From Balanoglossus misakiensis (taxonomy: Eukaryota > Animalia > Hemichordata), in contig CM082582.2 of NCBI GenBank assembly GCA_040954595.2, positions 9,663,483 through 9,727,482 of the forward strand: a stretch of 64,000 nt of DNA, written 5' to 3'. Under the pieces are notes generated by a model, which was given only the letters and a program-made list of their open reading frames with translations, made no database searches and was not told the origin of the DNA. Numbering within the stretch: position 1 is the stretch's first letter; each line of letters begins with the position of its first letter. Shown piece by piece: positions 30,032-45,921 of the stretch. A program made the translations under genes and the position numbers.

Positions 30032-32461
30032 ATGCTTGCTATGAGAATGATAAGTTGAGAATGATGGCAGAAAATAGACGTAAAACGGTTGCAGAAAACA
30101 TAGACCCTAGAGTCTATGCAGAAAGCTAGAACATATCATGTGGGTAACGCGCAATGCATTGTGGGAATTGAAACAAGCCCCGTGATCAGTCATCATCTCA
30201 CTCAGTCCGCAACAAATGCGCAGTATTTTGCCCGTTCATGCACCCACTGTACTTTGGACAATAAAAAATAATTTATGGTATGATATTTATCATAAAATAA
30301 TTAGGCTTTTTTGAAGATCTCTAATAACGCACTAAAAGCCGATAATTTCGGGTATAATGTGCAGTCTTTGTATATTGCAGAATCTATCGAGGCAAAATCA
30401 CCAATTTCTGTTATTTTTATACCAGAGACTGCCTCGCTTTAGATGACTGAATCGTGTTTTATGCACCAGGCCACAGTCACACGACAAGAGAACCGTACCC
30501 TGACCCTTCGTTGAAATACTTTGCGGGTAATGCCGTGGCGTAATTAAGTGAAACAACATGAATCAATCCACCAAAAAGTAACCCATCAATTTTACGAGAA
30601 CAATATGCTATTCCTCACAAAAATGATAATTCTTCTCATCTAAGGTCGGTTGTTCTCTTACAGATATAATAAGTGTCCATCGGGCGACTTCTACTGTCCG
30701 AATCGCGCCCTCGGAATCTATACTGACTGCATGGTCTTCTGTGACTACAACGGATATTTTTTCGATTGAAATGAGAGAAATCAATAAATTATATACACCT
30801 TTTTTATAAAAAGAAATCGTGCATTCAACCCGAATATTAGCCGCCGATTGAAATGAGCTACACCAGCTGTAGACGATCGACAATTTTAATGTTGGATCGT
30901 GTTTAGAGGTGGGGGTACGGGCAGATGAAATGGAAATACGGCGCAAGAATGGGCTTCGTTTCAAACAAGCTGTAAAATAAATTTAGAGCGAGTGCAATGA
31001 GGTTCCTAAAAATATGGCAATCAAAGAGGGATATAAATAAAGTGGATGGCACACGCGTGGACCGGCTCGCTATGCATACAGCGGCTCGAAAAGTCAACAC
31101 ATTTTAAAATGGAAATAACGCCCAGACTATTATAATCTGTGATGATGCATACACATGAATTGGCCTATTGAGTATATTTGTCAAGAAGTTTTCATCACAC
31201 TCTACATTTATGAAATCTTTCGTTTTTCCAGGACTTGTGTTTCATTTTTTAAGAACAGAATTCTAGGATTACGTGTGGTGGTCTACAGATGACACGTTAC
31301 TTCAATCTTTCTTAGAGACAGAGATGTAAAGCTTTTTATTCCATTGTAATATGCATGTCATAATACACGACATACGAAAAAAGTGTAAGGGAAAATTTTC
31401 AAAAAAAGAAAAGGTATTTCAACACTGATGATAGTTCAATGCAAAGACCAGTAACAGCTACAAGTCAGCCTTCCATGGTGAAATTCTGTCTAGGAAGCAA
31501 GAAATAACGCACACCTATTCTGTGATGTCACAGCGATGCTCAATCAAAGTTTTCACAAGAGTGTCCCTGATTGGTCCAAATCCATCTATACTAAAGTTGG
31601 GCCACAGTTAATTAAAGGTACATTACTCGCAAATTTTGGCTATTTTTAATAACATTTCCGTTCCTGAATGGGAACAACAACAGCAGTTTCCTGGTCAAAC
31701 AAGATTTTCAATATTCAGCTTATCATATCAACACAGTCCGCTGTAAATTGATTTCAAGTCTGGACACGAATTCATTTGTCAAGAATAACAATGCTTGTTA
31801 TGCCTATACAGGCTATGTTGATAAGCTAATACCGGGTATTTCATCATGCTACAGTGAATCAAACAAGACACTGTAGTTGATACGCTGGTTGAAAATACTG
31901 GGGAAAAATAGCCAAAAGTTACTCAGATAGTATTCATAGAATTGCAGTATTTTAATGCAAAACATCTCAAAAGGGAAAATGTCAAACTTTCTTACAACAA
32001 TCACTTTCTGAGCACAGAAAAAATGGTACAGTACACAGTGAGCTGATATTTGATATTTTAAAAACCAGTGATGACTTGTTTTGGTGTGAGCAATTGCAGT
32101 TGCAGTGTTTGAGGAGGTACACATTACCCAAAGAACACCCCGCCCCCCTCATTTCATGTTAGTGTACAGTAACAGCGAAAAAACATCTACTCTCTCTGGG
32201 CCACCGTAGAGTTGCTGAACCATAACTACATTCATGGCTGTAGAAACTGTTGAATCCACCTCGGCTATCAGAGCCTACTCGGGGGGCCCATGTGGATGGA
32301 TGCTGGCTAGTATACCACCACTGAACCACCCAGGTCACCGTACGATTGCTGGTCCACACAGGCTTCACAGAACTGCTGATCCATTCACGCTAACACCAGT
32401 GAAGGTCTTGACGCCTGTCCCCCACACACCACCATCTTGACAATTTCTCTCCACCACTGTA

Positions 32462-35400
32462 CTACTTGCGTATTTTCCTACCGATTGGTGCCATGGCATT
32501 CATTCCCAAGGTTGGGGTACCCGACATGCTCTGTCTCGCCTCCGTCAGTTTCACGTAGGGTAGCAACTGGTTCTTCTTGATCATCTGAAGTGCCAGTGGG
32601 GTGTTACCTTGGATGGCAAAAGAACAAACACAGTGTTACAAATACAAGTACTAGAGACAGCATCATTTTGGTCCACTTAGTTCAAGGGGAGTTACCCTCT
32701 GGAATAATGTGTAAAAAATACCATATTAGCAAGTGCTAAACAAAATGAAGATTATAGTATATTCCTGACTTACCATTTTGAAGCTCTAAGTAGACTCCAA
32801 GTAGAAGTGCTTGCGGTGGTATCTCACTGGGTTGAATCAGTAAGCATGCCTGTCACAGAAATGAATGAGGCCATGGTGAAATTTGTCAGAGATATAAAAA
32901 AAAACTTCTTTGTGGCATATCTACAGTGAAAATCAACAGACCGTTTGACAAGTACAGACAACGCTGTTTTCAAGTTTCACTACAGCAACCCACCTGATGG
33001 AGACACTTCCTGGCTTTCTCCCACTCACTTCTCAGACAGTGCGCACTGGCCAGGTTGAACAGCAGAGTGGATCTGGCCACCTGTATAGACGCCGGGAAGT
33101 ACCTGGTGACCACCACCAGGTTCTCCGAGATGTCCCCGCCCAACTCGCCACCGGCCAGATCATTGCCACTTTTATCAGTGCCTACAAATATAGGTGAGAA
33201 TGGTTAGTCGTGTTCCCCACACAAGGATGATTCACATTAAGGCAGTCTGTGTCGGTCTTCAGTAGGTGTAGATGTTAAAAGTCAGACTTACTGGCATCTG
33301 GTGACCCTGGATACGTGACGGAGACGTCCATGACGTTGTCCGGAGACAGGTGACCCACCGCATCAGCTATTTTGTCCAGTGATACCAAGGCTTCTGCTGC
33401 GTACATGTGACCTAGAAATCTACACAACAAAACAAGCCATGAGAGCTGTCTCATATATGACAAGACCACCTATTTACTTTGTAAATTGAAAGCATCAACA
33501 CAAACTAATATGCCTTGTGCCTGTCACGACTAATACTATGGTAACCCCTCATTTGACTGGGTTTTATACTTACTTGAGTGATCCAGATAGTTTCGGCTGC
33601 TTGAGAAGGTTTATAGAGTGCTCCAGAGCCCCCACGTTATCACCCAGACCAAGGCAGACATAAGCACTGTTCGCCATCACTGAACACCTCAAGCTCTCCA
33701 CTTCATAGGGTTTTAACGGCGCTCCTGGGGGTGCCAGTTCACCTGCTGGTATGTTTAACTTACTGTGGAAAAATAAAAAGTTTTCTCATCAGCTTTTCTG
33801 CAGATGCCGATAGCATAAAAATATACTGTTTGCGCAATGTAATTTTTATATGTGATAATCATTGGTAGATTTTCTCTCACCTAGCGTCAGCTCCTTGTGA
33901 CTGATCCGATTCCGTTCCCGCTCTGTTGGAAGCCCCGGTCGCAGCTGGAGTGGTGGAGGAATGCTCCGCTTCGGAGAGCAAGGAGAGTGCGTTGCGCAGA
34001 CACACAGATGCAAAATCTAATGTTGCCACAGGCATGGCTCCCGATTGGCCCTCTGAGCTAGAAAGAGTGAAGAAGAGAATTTTCACCAAATCTGCCATTT
34101 TGTAGATTATGATAACAAAGAAGAAACCTGAATGATTACAATACTGATGGTAGAAAATGAATCAGCTTACCTGTATTTGTTATCAGAAATTCCAGAAGAC
34201 AAAATGATCTTTCTGTGATTGGCACTACCAATGATACCTTGGACTAAACCCTTCTTTGGTGCAGATGGAAGACCTTTGACCTCCTCATCAGGACTCTGTG
34301 AATAAACGCAAACAACAGGGAAGGTACGATCAATGCAGAGCTTGGTGGGAGTTGTACAGTCAAACCGGGCAGCGTTAAAATGTACATCACTTGAGAAGTC
34401 TAATCTTCATGATACCTACCCCTTTCTTGGCAGCTATACAACATTCCGCCAGTCGCAACCACAGCCTAGCGTTGGAATGGTAAACTTGGACTGCTTCTAT
34501 GAGGCAATCGAACGCAGCCAGCGGTCTACCGGCATGCAGCAACGTAATGCCACTGTTGTAAAGTAATTCATACCTCCTGTTCATCACTAGCGTGCAAAGT
34601 GGTCTACCAGATATTGACTGACCTGCAAAGACAAATGGAAAAATCATTTACACAGATTCAACCTCGGCAAGAAAGTCATTTGAATTCAACTTAAAATTGT
34701 TTGATTTCTGGGAAATCTCTACAGCCCTTACCTGGTATTTTCTTTGGCAATTCTAACAAGGCATTCTCGTTCTCCTGCAGTGCTTTCCGGAAGTAGTAAG
34801 CGCTCAGGTTGTACTTCCTCATGTAGAAGTGAATGCAGCCCAGACTGTTGTAGTACATGACCGGCCGGCATTCTCCCGTCTTCAACATGCTGGGCGACTC
34901 TGGGGCACTGTTCAGCAGTTTGACGGATTTGCGATAGTTCTGCCGTAGATACTCGAAGTTACTCTTGATGAAACATGCCGGAGCAGTCTTTGGGAAGAGA
35001 AAATGGGAAAAAGGATACTTAATTTGACTGTTAACCTTATGTATACGAATGCACTCACAAGTTAACAGTACATGCATGCACCCATGCTAATTTATTTGGC
35101 TATATATAACATTAAATTTGCCTGCTGTAAAGTACTCACCATTCCTGCATATGTGATCACTGATTTGATTTCTCTTTTGCAATTCTTCATAGACTTCAGC
35201 TGCAGATAAATTCTTGCCTTATACTGCATGTCACACAAAGAATAAAAGAGCCATGATATATTTTAATGAACACAGTATACTCTTTGAGTTACTGAAGCAT
35301 GTTACATACTCAAATACATGCCTTGGATACAAGGCATTGTCCCTCCTTTGATCCACACAGCTTTTCACTTAATATCAGAGTCTGGCTTTCAGGTTTTTCC

Positions 35401-37282
35401 TTACCATATGTAGTTTCAGCTTGTATTTCTCATTGAGAGGTGATGGGCTTCTATCAATGCCTTCCTTCTCCCTGGCAGCCTGATGTGATGAGGCTCCCTG
35501 GAATAAAACGCATGATTTACGTTATATCTAGGTTTCCAAATTATCCTTTTGGAGATGTTGTCAACAAAACCTCCCCAACGGATTTCGCCATGTCATCCAC
35601 TCTCCCATGTTACCAGCACAGCCAACCAGGTGACCATGAATGAATCCATGGTTCCTCCACAACACTTACCTCAGATGGCTTGTCCTTGTCTCCCGACTGC
35701 TGACCTTTGCCATTGCCTCCGTACAGCAACTTCTCCAGGTAGGCCAGACTGGGTACTGCCTTGTCAGGCTGGTGTGTGCATAGATAAACCTCGATCAACA
35801 GAAAGAGTACTTTGTACGCAAGATTCTCTTCTGTAAATGTCAAATCATGAAGTATGATGAAGTACAATGAGTGACTGTTAAGATAGTAGGATCATACAAG
35901 ATGTGTACATTTTGTCCCACATGACCTGCATGACAACATTTCCGAGTCAATGAATCATGATCACATCGCTGTCAATGATATACTTACCCAGTGGCTCGAT
36001 AAATTGGAACAACTTCTCCAATAATTTTGCAGCTTCTCTATATTGCCGTAAATGGTACAGGATAATGGCGTGGTTGTAGAAGAGTATTGCATGATCCACG
36101 TCTTCCAAGTTGTCATCTTCTAAAAACACCTGACCCTGCACAAGAAAGTGTTCTGTTCATCAGCATGGAATAAAGGTTACATGTATACAGAAATAGAAAA
36201 TGTATACAGCCTTCTGCCTACTGTACAGTAAGACTTCTTCTCCAGTTCTTAAATGTAATTAAACACCCGATACCTCAGACTTATGATTCATATTAAATAC
36301 TATTTGTTTTACACTTCCTGTTTTGCCAATAATTTATAGAAATCAAGCCGAAATAAATGCAATTATGGTGTAAACACACAGCAATGAAATATGACCACTT
36401 CCTCAATTTCGGGATATAAAAAGTAGCCCAAGGAAATTAATCATTTTATGTTTAAACTCAGTACACTGACTCCTGAAATAGACTCTATAGTAAACACCTA
36501 GTAAAATGTCAAGAATATAATATGGATGACGCTGACTACCGTCAGTACTGTTCTAGTGTTACTGTTACTGAAATCTCTCTTCTGTGCTGGAGGTTTTTGA
36601 ATCATCAAGAGAATGTGAGCGTAAACTAACAAAATGCTCATTACACGTACATAACATTTGTGATGAAAATGAAGGATGCGAGTCAATGACCCACTCTGGG
36701 AGGATACTAGCAGTAATGCTTGAAATTTTACACTTGCTAACACTGCATAAAAATTAATGCATTTTTTATTACGTGCAGTTACTGAGTAATCCTGAAGCCG
36801 CAAACAGGCTTCTCTACTTACTGACAGATTCACCTCTGACACGATGTTCAATGAATGTGGGTATGGGACTAGACTTGTGGCCCTGGGCAGTCAGTGAGTC
36901 CCAATTGGACGTGTGCACGGGACAGGTTGCATGGGGAGAGGGAGGGGGGTGTGAAGAGACTCAGCCCCTCCCACTTCCCTATTCCTTATGCACTCACCTG
37001 CATACAGATGCGATCCAACGCCTGTTTGAATTCATCTGTTTTTATGCAACCCGATTGGTGATATGCCGCAACTATCTTGTTGTGGGTCACTTTGAAATCA
37101 TTGGGTCGTAGGCTAGCCAGGTGCTGTAGCTTAGCCAAGCACTGGTCATACTGCCCCGATTCGAAGTCACTCAGAGATCCCTGTGCGACAGACTTCTCTT
37201 CCTCTGATATGTTTGGCACTGGAGATGCTGCGGGAGATACTGGTTTGTTTTCCCAGTCTTTATTGTCGCCGATATCCGTCAT
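32462..37282 (-). CDS. CNOT10: CCR4-NOT transcription complex subunit 10 (multi-exon)
   Basis: Exon peptides [141 protein letters not shown] and the terminal [17 protein letters not shown]. Stop TAG at 32462-32464. Confidence 0.95.
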
Positions 37283-38806
37283 TTTCCGTCAATGTAATAT
37301 TGTGGCTACCGGAAGTTCCCACCAGCACCACAGTTAAAGTTGTACTGTCAACTTTATTAACATACATGTACCAGTGCACAAGAACACAATGCGTTCGTGG
37401 AAAAATGTTTCTCGGGTTCGTGTTCCTTGCGTGTTAAATGTGTAAGTTTGTCTAGATCATATAATGGACATTACGGTTCTGAATGACGAGTAGTTGAACC
37501 TTGGCAGAAGGAAAGTGAATGTCCAAGTAAGAGATCGTCCACATGGACCACGCGCACATACACTGGTTGTCCCACAAAGTTACGTCTTGACGAAAATTCC
37601 AAACAGACACTTACAAATTAAGTCCTCAACTGATGTTATTCACGATATGCAGCATCAACAACTACGGTAAACAACACGTTAACGGTCGTACGGAGTGATA
37701 ATTGGTGTAGTATCGGACCAGATCGCCGAACATATCCTACTTTGCCGCCATGATGGATGACTGAATGGAGCATGCGCGACATCTTCACACCAAAAAGTAC
37801 CGGCATGCATCACGATAGTGCTCTCTGTGACGTGAGGATTTGTTCGTCTGCTGTAGCTCCCCTGGGTACCTCCATGATCTGCTCTGCCCCATCTTTACGG
37901 TGACAGAAATGGGACAGGGGACCAGACGCAAAGCTCACCCATTACGCTCTCTCATGGTCAGGTAAAATTGAATATCATGCAGAAATACTCAAAGCCAAGA
38001 GCCCAAACATGTGGTGGGTGGGAGGGTAGCGGTCCCGGGGTAGCATTAGTAGACGCAGATCCTGCGTTTTCCCCCTGTTTGTGAAGCTCGAAGTCAGATG
38101 GGGGAGGGGAGGGCAATGAGCCCATCATCTGACACTCTCTCGTTGTTTGTTTATTAGTTTATGACAGGTTTGCAGACAAGGACGCGGCGACCTGACGGGG
38201 GCGTTTTAGTCACCACTCTACTTGGCCATTGAGGGCGCTCGAGATGGGCTATGTGGTAAGTCTATGTATCTATAGCAACGTAGAAAATGACAACACAGTT
38301 TCATATCATTTTATTATATTTGCCTTAAATTAGGTAACATAAATTTAAGTACAAGCCTTTCCAAATGCACATTCTATGCAATCTGATACGAGAATAGCCA
38401 AGACATTTGATTTGCTGATAACCCTGAGCGTTTGTGCAATAGAATACTTCAATTCTAACAGTATATCAAATGATCCAATTTCTGTACAGTGAACCCGGCA
38501 CGTCGACAGCTTCGTGAACCCGTGACTCTACAAATGAAGTTAGTTAGAACTCAAGAAAGCTTTATACTTCATCAAACGTTCTGACCAGGTAAGCGAAAAG
38601 GGAACTAAACCCAAAACTGACCTGTGAAGTGAGTGAGTGACGCATGAAAGTGTTATCTGAAGAAAAAGTGTAAATTGTGTTCTCTCCGTCGTATTTTTGG
38701 CGAGATTCACAAACGAAACAAATCGGTTGTTAGTGGCAATGAAAGTAGAAAAATAAGAGTTCTCTCGATCAAAGCGACGCCTGTCCTCTTGGAGACTTGT
38801 CACTAT

Positions 38807-40755
38807 TCAATTGATCACGGAATGTGGTTTCTGTGCTGCAGGGGCGGGGGCTGGAGCGCCAATTTTCTCAGGCGTGCCCTCCGACCCCCTCTTCTGGTAC
38901 GCCAGTTTGGAGTTGACTTTCGCGGCAGTGCTTTTTGGCAAAGACTGAACCGGCGCCGACTGTTTGACTGGTTTCGCCTTCGTCCGCGTGGGCGCAGGGC
39001 CACCGACAGGTTTGGGAAACCCGTTGGCTTTGATTATTTCGGCGTACTTGGCGCTGGATGCCCTCGGGGTGCGTGGCCTGGCGGGGTTGGTGAAGTTCAC
39101 GTAGTAGAGGCCGTATCGCACCGTGTACTTGTCCATCCACTCGAAGCCGTCGATCAGGGACCAGACGGTGTAGCCGCGGACATCTACGCCATCCAGTGTG
39201 TATGCTGCAAATAGAAATGAGAATGAGAAATCATCAAACGGACAGTGTGACCGGTTAAGCTTATGGATGGGAATGAGTTTTAGAAAGTTATATATTGAAG
39301 AAGAAAATGACAAGGGGAGAGAGGAGAGAGAGGGAGGGAGGGAGGGTAAAGGAAGAAAAAAAGCATCACGACATACCAACCTTTGAGAACTTCATTAATA
39401 TAAGCCTTGTGGTATTGGATTCTCGAGATGTCCATCAGCTTCAGTTTGACGTCATGTTCTTCGCTGTACTCTCCGACGCCATTACCGGTGACGTAGACGG
39501 GTGGGTTGTTGTACTGCGTCTTGATCCAGCCCAGCACTTTGCGTATGCCCCAGGGTGCCACCCCCTGACCGGGTACCCCGTAGTGGGGCCAGGACCGGTC
39601 GGGCCAAGCGATCATGTCCTGGTCCTGGTAGTATCCGGCCGGGAGGACTTTCGGCATGGCGATGTCGACGTAGTACGAGGAAAAGTGATCGATGCCGAGG
39701 AAATCCAACGCGCCTCGGATCACTCGCTTCTCGGCGTCCGAAAATGTCGGCAGCCGCGACGACGTCAGTCGCTGCTCGCGACATTTCTTCAGAACCGCGT
39801 CTTTCATGGTTTGCGGGTAGTCTCCGTCCACAAGCAGGGGATGGGCAAACCAGCCGATTTGGAACTGCATGTACCTGTTGCTTGCGAGCAGATCGTCCTT
39901 CCAACTCGACCTGGAAAACCCCCAGTTTGCGAGTAAAGATATCCCCACTTTCCCTCCATGTATTTTTCTGTATCGGCTGTTATAGATATGCCATGTTCTT
40001 GCGTGCGCTTTAATAATATTGTGTGCGACGCGGTACACGGTTGTTCCTTGGTGTTTCAAGCCAGGTGCGTGGAGTCCCTGATCGTGCCCCAGCACGGCGA
40101 AGACCGACGGTTTGTCGAAAGTGATCCAGAGTTTCACTTTACTGCCGAATTCCGCAAAGCATATCTCAGCGTAATCGCCGAAGTAAGTGACGATGTGATC
40201 GTTGCTCCACCCTCCCATGGTCTGCAAATTGTCCGGCAGATCGAAGTGAAACAGCGCCACCATGGGCTGAATGTTCGCCTCCAGCAACGCGGTGATCAAG
40301 TGTTGGTAGTATTCAATGCCGGCGCGGTTTATTTTATCAGGCGTGCCGTCAGGCAGAATTCGAGTCCAGGACAGGGAGAATTTGTAGTGCTTTATACCGA
40401 GCCTTTTCAACAGCATAACGTCCAGTTTAACTTTGTGATAGCTATCGCTGGCAACATCGCCGTTGTCACTCATCCCGAAGATGTGTCTCCGCTTGTGGGT
40501 GAAGTAGTCCCATATGCTCCTCCCCTTCCCGTCAGCTAGCCACGCGCCCTCAACCTGATGGGCGGAGGTGGCCGCGCCCCAGGTGAAATTGGCCGGGAAC
40601 TGTCCGTAGAGCATTCTGTCCCTAATCGGGTCAGTGAACTGTTTGTAGACGTAGCTGCCATATTGTGGACCGGTTGTATTCGTCCCCGTGGAGTCGAAGA
40701 CGACGAAAACGAGAAAGGTCCACCATAGCAACGCTATACTTGACACCGTACCCAT
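38807..40755 (-). CDS. GH1 lactase/Klotho-like protein, copy A; both catalytic glutamates replaced (probable pseudo-enzyme); secreted
   Basis: Exons 39381-40755 and 38807-39204. FPANFTWGAATSAHQVEGAW..GRSIWDYF; TFDKP in place of TFNEP; VTGNG in place of (I/V)TENG. Hydrophobic N-terminus and a Pro/Lys/Ala-rich C-tail. The reading frame is intact. Confidence 0.9.
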
Positions 40756-42768
40756 TCTAAAATGACACGAAATGAAATGTTATCATTGGAAAGGCAAAAA
40801 AGAGAATAAAATAAAAAGTGTAACATTAAGAGCAAATTATGAAAACGCTTTTCACCATCTTAAATGCACAAGAAATGAAAAAAACATAACACCCCCCCCC
40901 CGATGACCTGATCTGTATGCTCCCATATTTATTTCATATTTTAATGACAAATTATACTGCACTTGCCATTCATAACTTTTACTAGGGGAAAGGAAATAAT
41001 ATTTCAAGTGAAACTCGAGTCGAAACACGTGTGGGAAAAATATAATAAACGCATATGGAAAGACCAGCCTATTACAAAGTTGCCTAAACAGATTTGTTGA
41101 TATGTGACTTGATTTCCAGGTAAAATCTAAATCAAAGGCGATGGTTGTCAATTATATCAATGGAGCGATCTTTGACAAAATATTAAAAAGAAAATGATGT
41201 ATACATATTTTCATGTTCACTTACCTTAATTTTGCGGTGTTCACATGTCCAACGTCGATCCGCTCCGGTCAGCTATCCGCTTGTCGATGAATTGGAGGCC
41301 TGGTCCTCTAGCCTTTTACACGAAACCATTTCACTCACGCATGTATGCGAAAATGTTATTGCATTTGATAATACGATTTATAACTGTTCAAAAGATGATT
41401 TCGAAAAAATATGTCGTTACTCGGGTTATATAGAAAGAATGTTGATGAACAAAGCGTTTGTGTTATGTGACGTCATGAATTTTAAATAAGGTCAAGGGTG
41501 ACATGGCAACATTTTGTGCATCAAAGCAACTCCGGAGTAAAATAACTGATAGAGATGACACCGTGTTTAAAATATATTGGCCAATTTTATCAACAGATTC
41601 CCTTTCTCAGCTCGGAAAAATTAAAATAGACGATGGAAATCTTACATGTATATTGATTATACGTATTGTTTGCTTTGGTAACAAAAATTAATGCGAGGCT
41701 ATTCTTTCGAATGGAGCCGTCTGTTATCTCTTAGGTCAAAGTTCATCATGATGTAGCAGACGACGAGAAAAAATAGTGAATTTTCAATCATTTCATCTGA
41801 ACCGTTTTTTACGTTGAAGCTTACAGACTTAAACCTAAGCTATGAAATTATGAGGGGAACTCTGCCAATTTAAATTAGTAAGAAGACATTTTATTCAGGA
41901 GTATAATTATTTCTTGTTATATTGGTTTGGTGTATTGGACGGAAATTACCAACCCAGCTGTCGCAGCGTTGGTATTAATAAAACCATAAATGTGGAAATC
42001 CCCAGAATAAAGTCTCTTTGCTCGCTGAAAATACCGTCAAGCAAACAATGGAATCGATTTTGGTGACAGATTTGCCATGGCATGAACTTTCGTCTGGGCG
42101 ACTCGATCTACGACGACCTAAAAACTGGGATGTACAGGGATTTTAAGTTATTCTGTCACTCCCCTTTAAATTAAAGCAGTGATTTTTTCGTGGGTTTTTC
42201 GTGTAAACTATTGTCATTCGTGTTATAGCCATGATTAGTGATTATGAAACCACTACTACAAGAAAAAAGACAGCAATAACAACAATAGTAATCATAAAAC
42301 ATATTTTATTTGTGTTCGTCATTGCAACCAATAAACTGTGTACTTTTCAATCGAATGACTTGTAAATTCACCATAAAATGTTACACACATATAAAATCTC
42401 GTACCCCTGCTCCCGCGAATCGCAAATTCTCAACTTCGTTATCAAACATATCAAGCATTTTTTTTCTGGCGCGATCAAATTCAACTCCAGATACTTGACA
42501 AAGAGATCGCACACATCATGCATAGGTATTTGTTCACAGGCATAGCACTGCTGTTGGCTCTGTACAACAAATTTCGGCCTGAATGGCACCTGTCCTTAGA
42601 CTAAATCTTCAATTCCACCATGCGACTGTTTTGCTGCAATAAGTACCGAAATATCCCTAACACACGATAGAAAATATGTAAAATCATACAATCCATAAGT
42701 TCTCAGCTGTAACTGTTGTATTCTTTATTGTGGATCCAATAGGTGATATTTTGTCAACGTCAAAAGTC

Positions 42769-44631
<1,863 letters not shown>

Positions 44632-45921
44632 CTGAAACGAGAAAAGGGGGTAGGGTCGATAAGAAGATGAATACCCCTTCCGGGGATGTTCTAGATCGGG
44701 CGATAGTATACACAACAAATGTGTACACATTGTTGTCATGTAAATGTGCCGTCATCTGTGTGACCAGAACTTATTATTGGCGGAAACCACATACATGTAT
44801 TACACGCACGACTGCAAATGACTGGATGCAGTCGTTTTGCAAAAGAAATCTAAATGCATACATCAAATGAGCCCTGATTAATATATCTGGACATATCCAA
44901 GGCCGACACTGCATGCTTCAATCTTCCTGTTACAGTGAGCTCATCAATTTTACTGCAGTGTTACTGGAGAGTTGTAAGCGTACCGCTTGTGGAAACTCTG
45001 CTAATGTCGACAAGCCTGTCATTACGTTAAATGATTTAATATGACAGAAGACGGAATAACGTACCTATAATGCCCCATCCCGACCAACGTAGACAACACG
45101 ACGCAGTGATTCCACAACACCGTTTTTTGTGTGTGGAAAATATGACCCAGAATTATTTTATGCTCCAGTTACATTTACCCGAGTCATATCACCACAGCAG
45201 TGATTTCATTCAAATATTGTTTTATCTCCACTGCATCATGGGGTCACAGGTCACAACAAATATGGCCACGGGACTCTCGCAAGCTGCTGCGCTTTCCATA
45301 GTCGAATATTGCGACGTTGCAGGCTTAGACTCGACAAGCTGTTGCCATTAATACCTCGTATTCATCGCATTCAAATGTAAAATGGAGAGCCACGTGGAAA
45401 TATCTAACTATTGTAAAATATCGGGATTTTGTGAAAATTATTTGGTGTGTAAGAAATCATACACCTCGGGAGAGATCTCGCGCAAAGTGTCCAAATCTAT
45501 ACCACTGCCCTTTGTGTCAAAACGAATTGAAGACAAAAAAGTGGACAAGCTGTGATTTATTTACATTTTATTCGACGTTTAACAACACGGTACGTATCAC
45601 TACTGCACAGAAAGTGTCTGGGAATATTTCATTTTCAGAGCGACCAACAATAAATACAGAAAACGACATAAAATAAGCATTTAAATAAAATGATCAATTT
45701 CAGATGTTGACACGGGGTCCTGGAAATCCTTGATGCAAAGAAAAGCTGTGGTAAAAATAACATGAGTATCAGACATTTAAAATGAAAAAAACAACAACGT
45801 CACATTTGCCTGTAATTAATTTACATGTCAACTGAAGGCAATTTTGTAATTCTGTGGTGTCCTAACATTATCATAGAAAGCAAACCCAGGGAATTGTTTT
45901 ATTTTCTAAAAGTACTCAGAA

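Noticed and set aside
29300-30200. Telomerase RNA, 7SK or a spliceosomal snRNA as the identity of the structured element
   Set aside because: No CTAACCCTAA-type template, no 7SK GATC motifs and no match to remembered U-snRNA 5' sequences.
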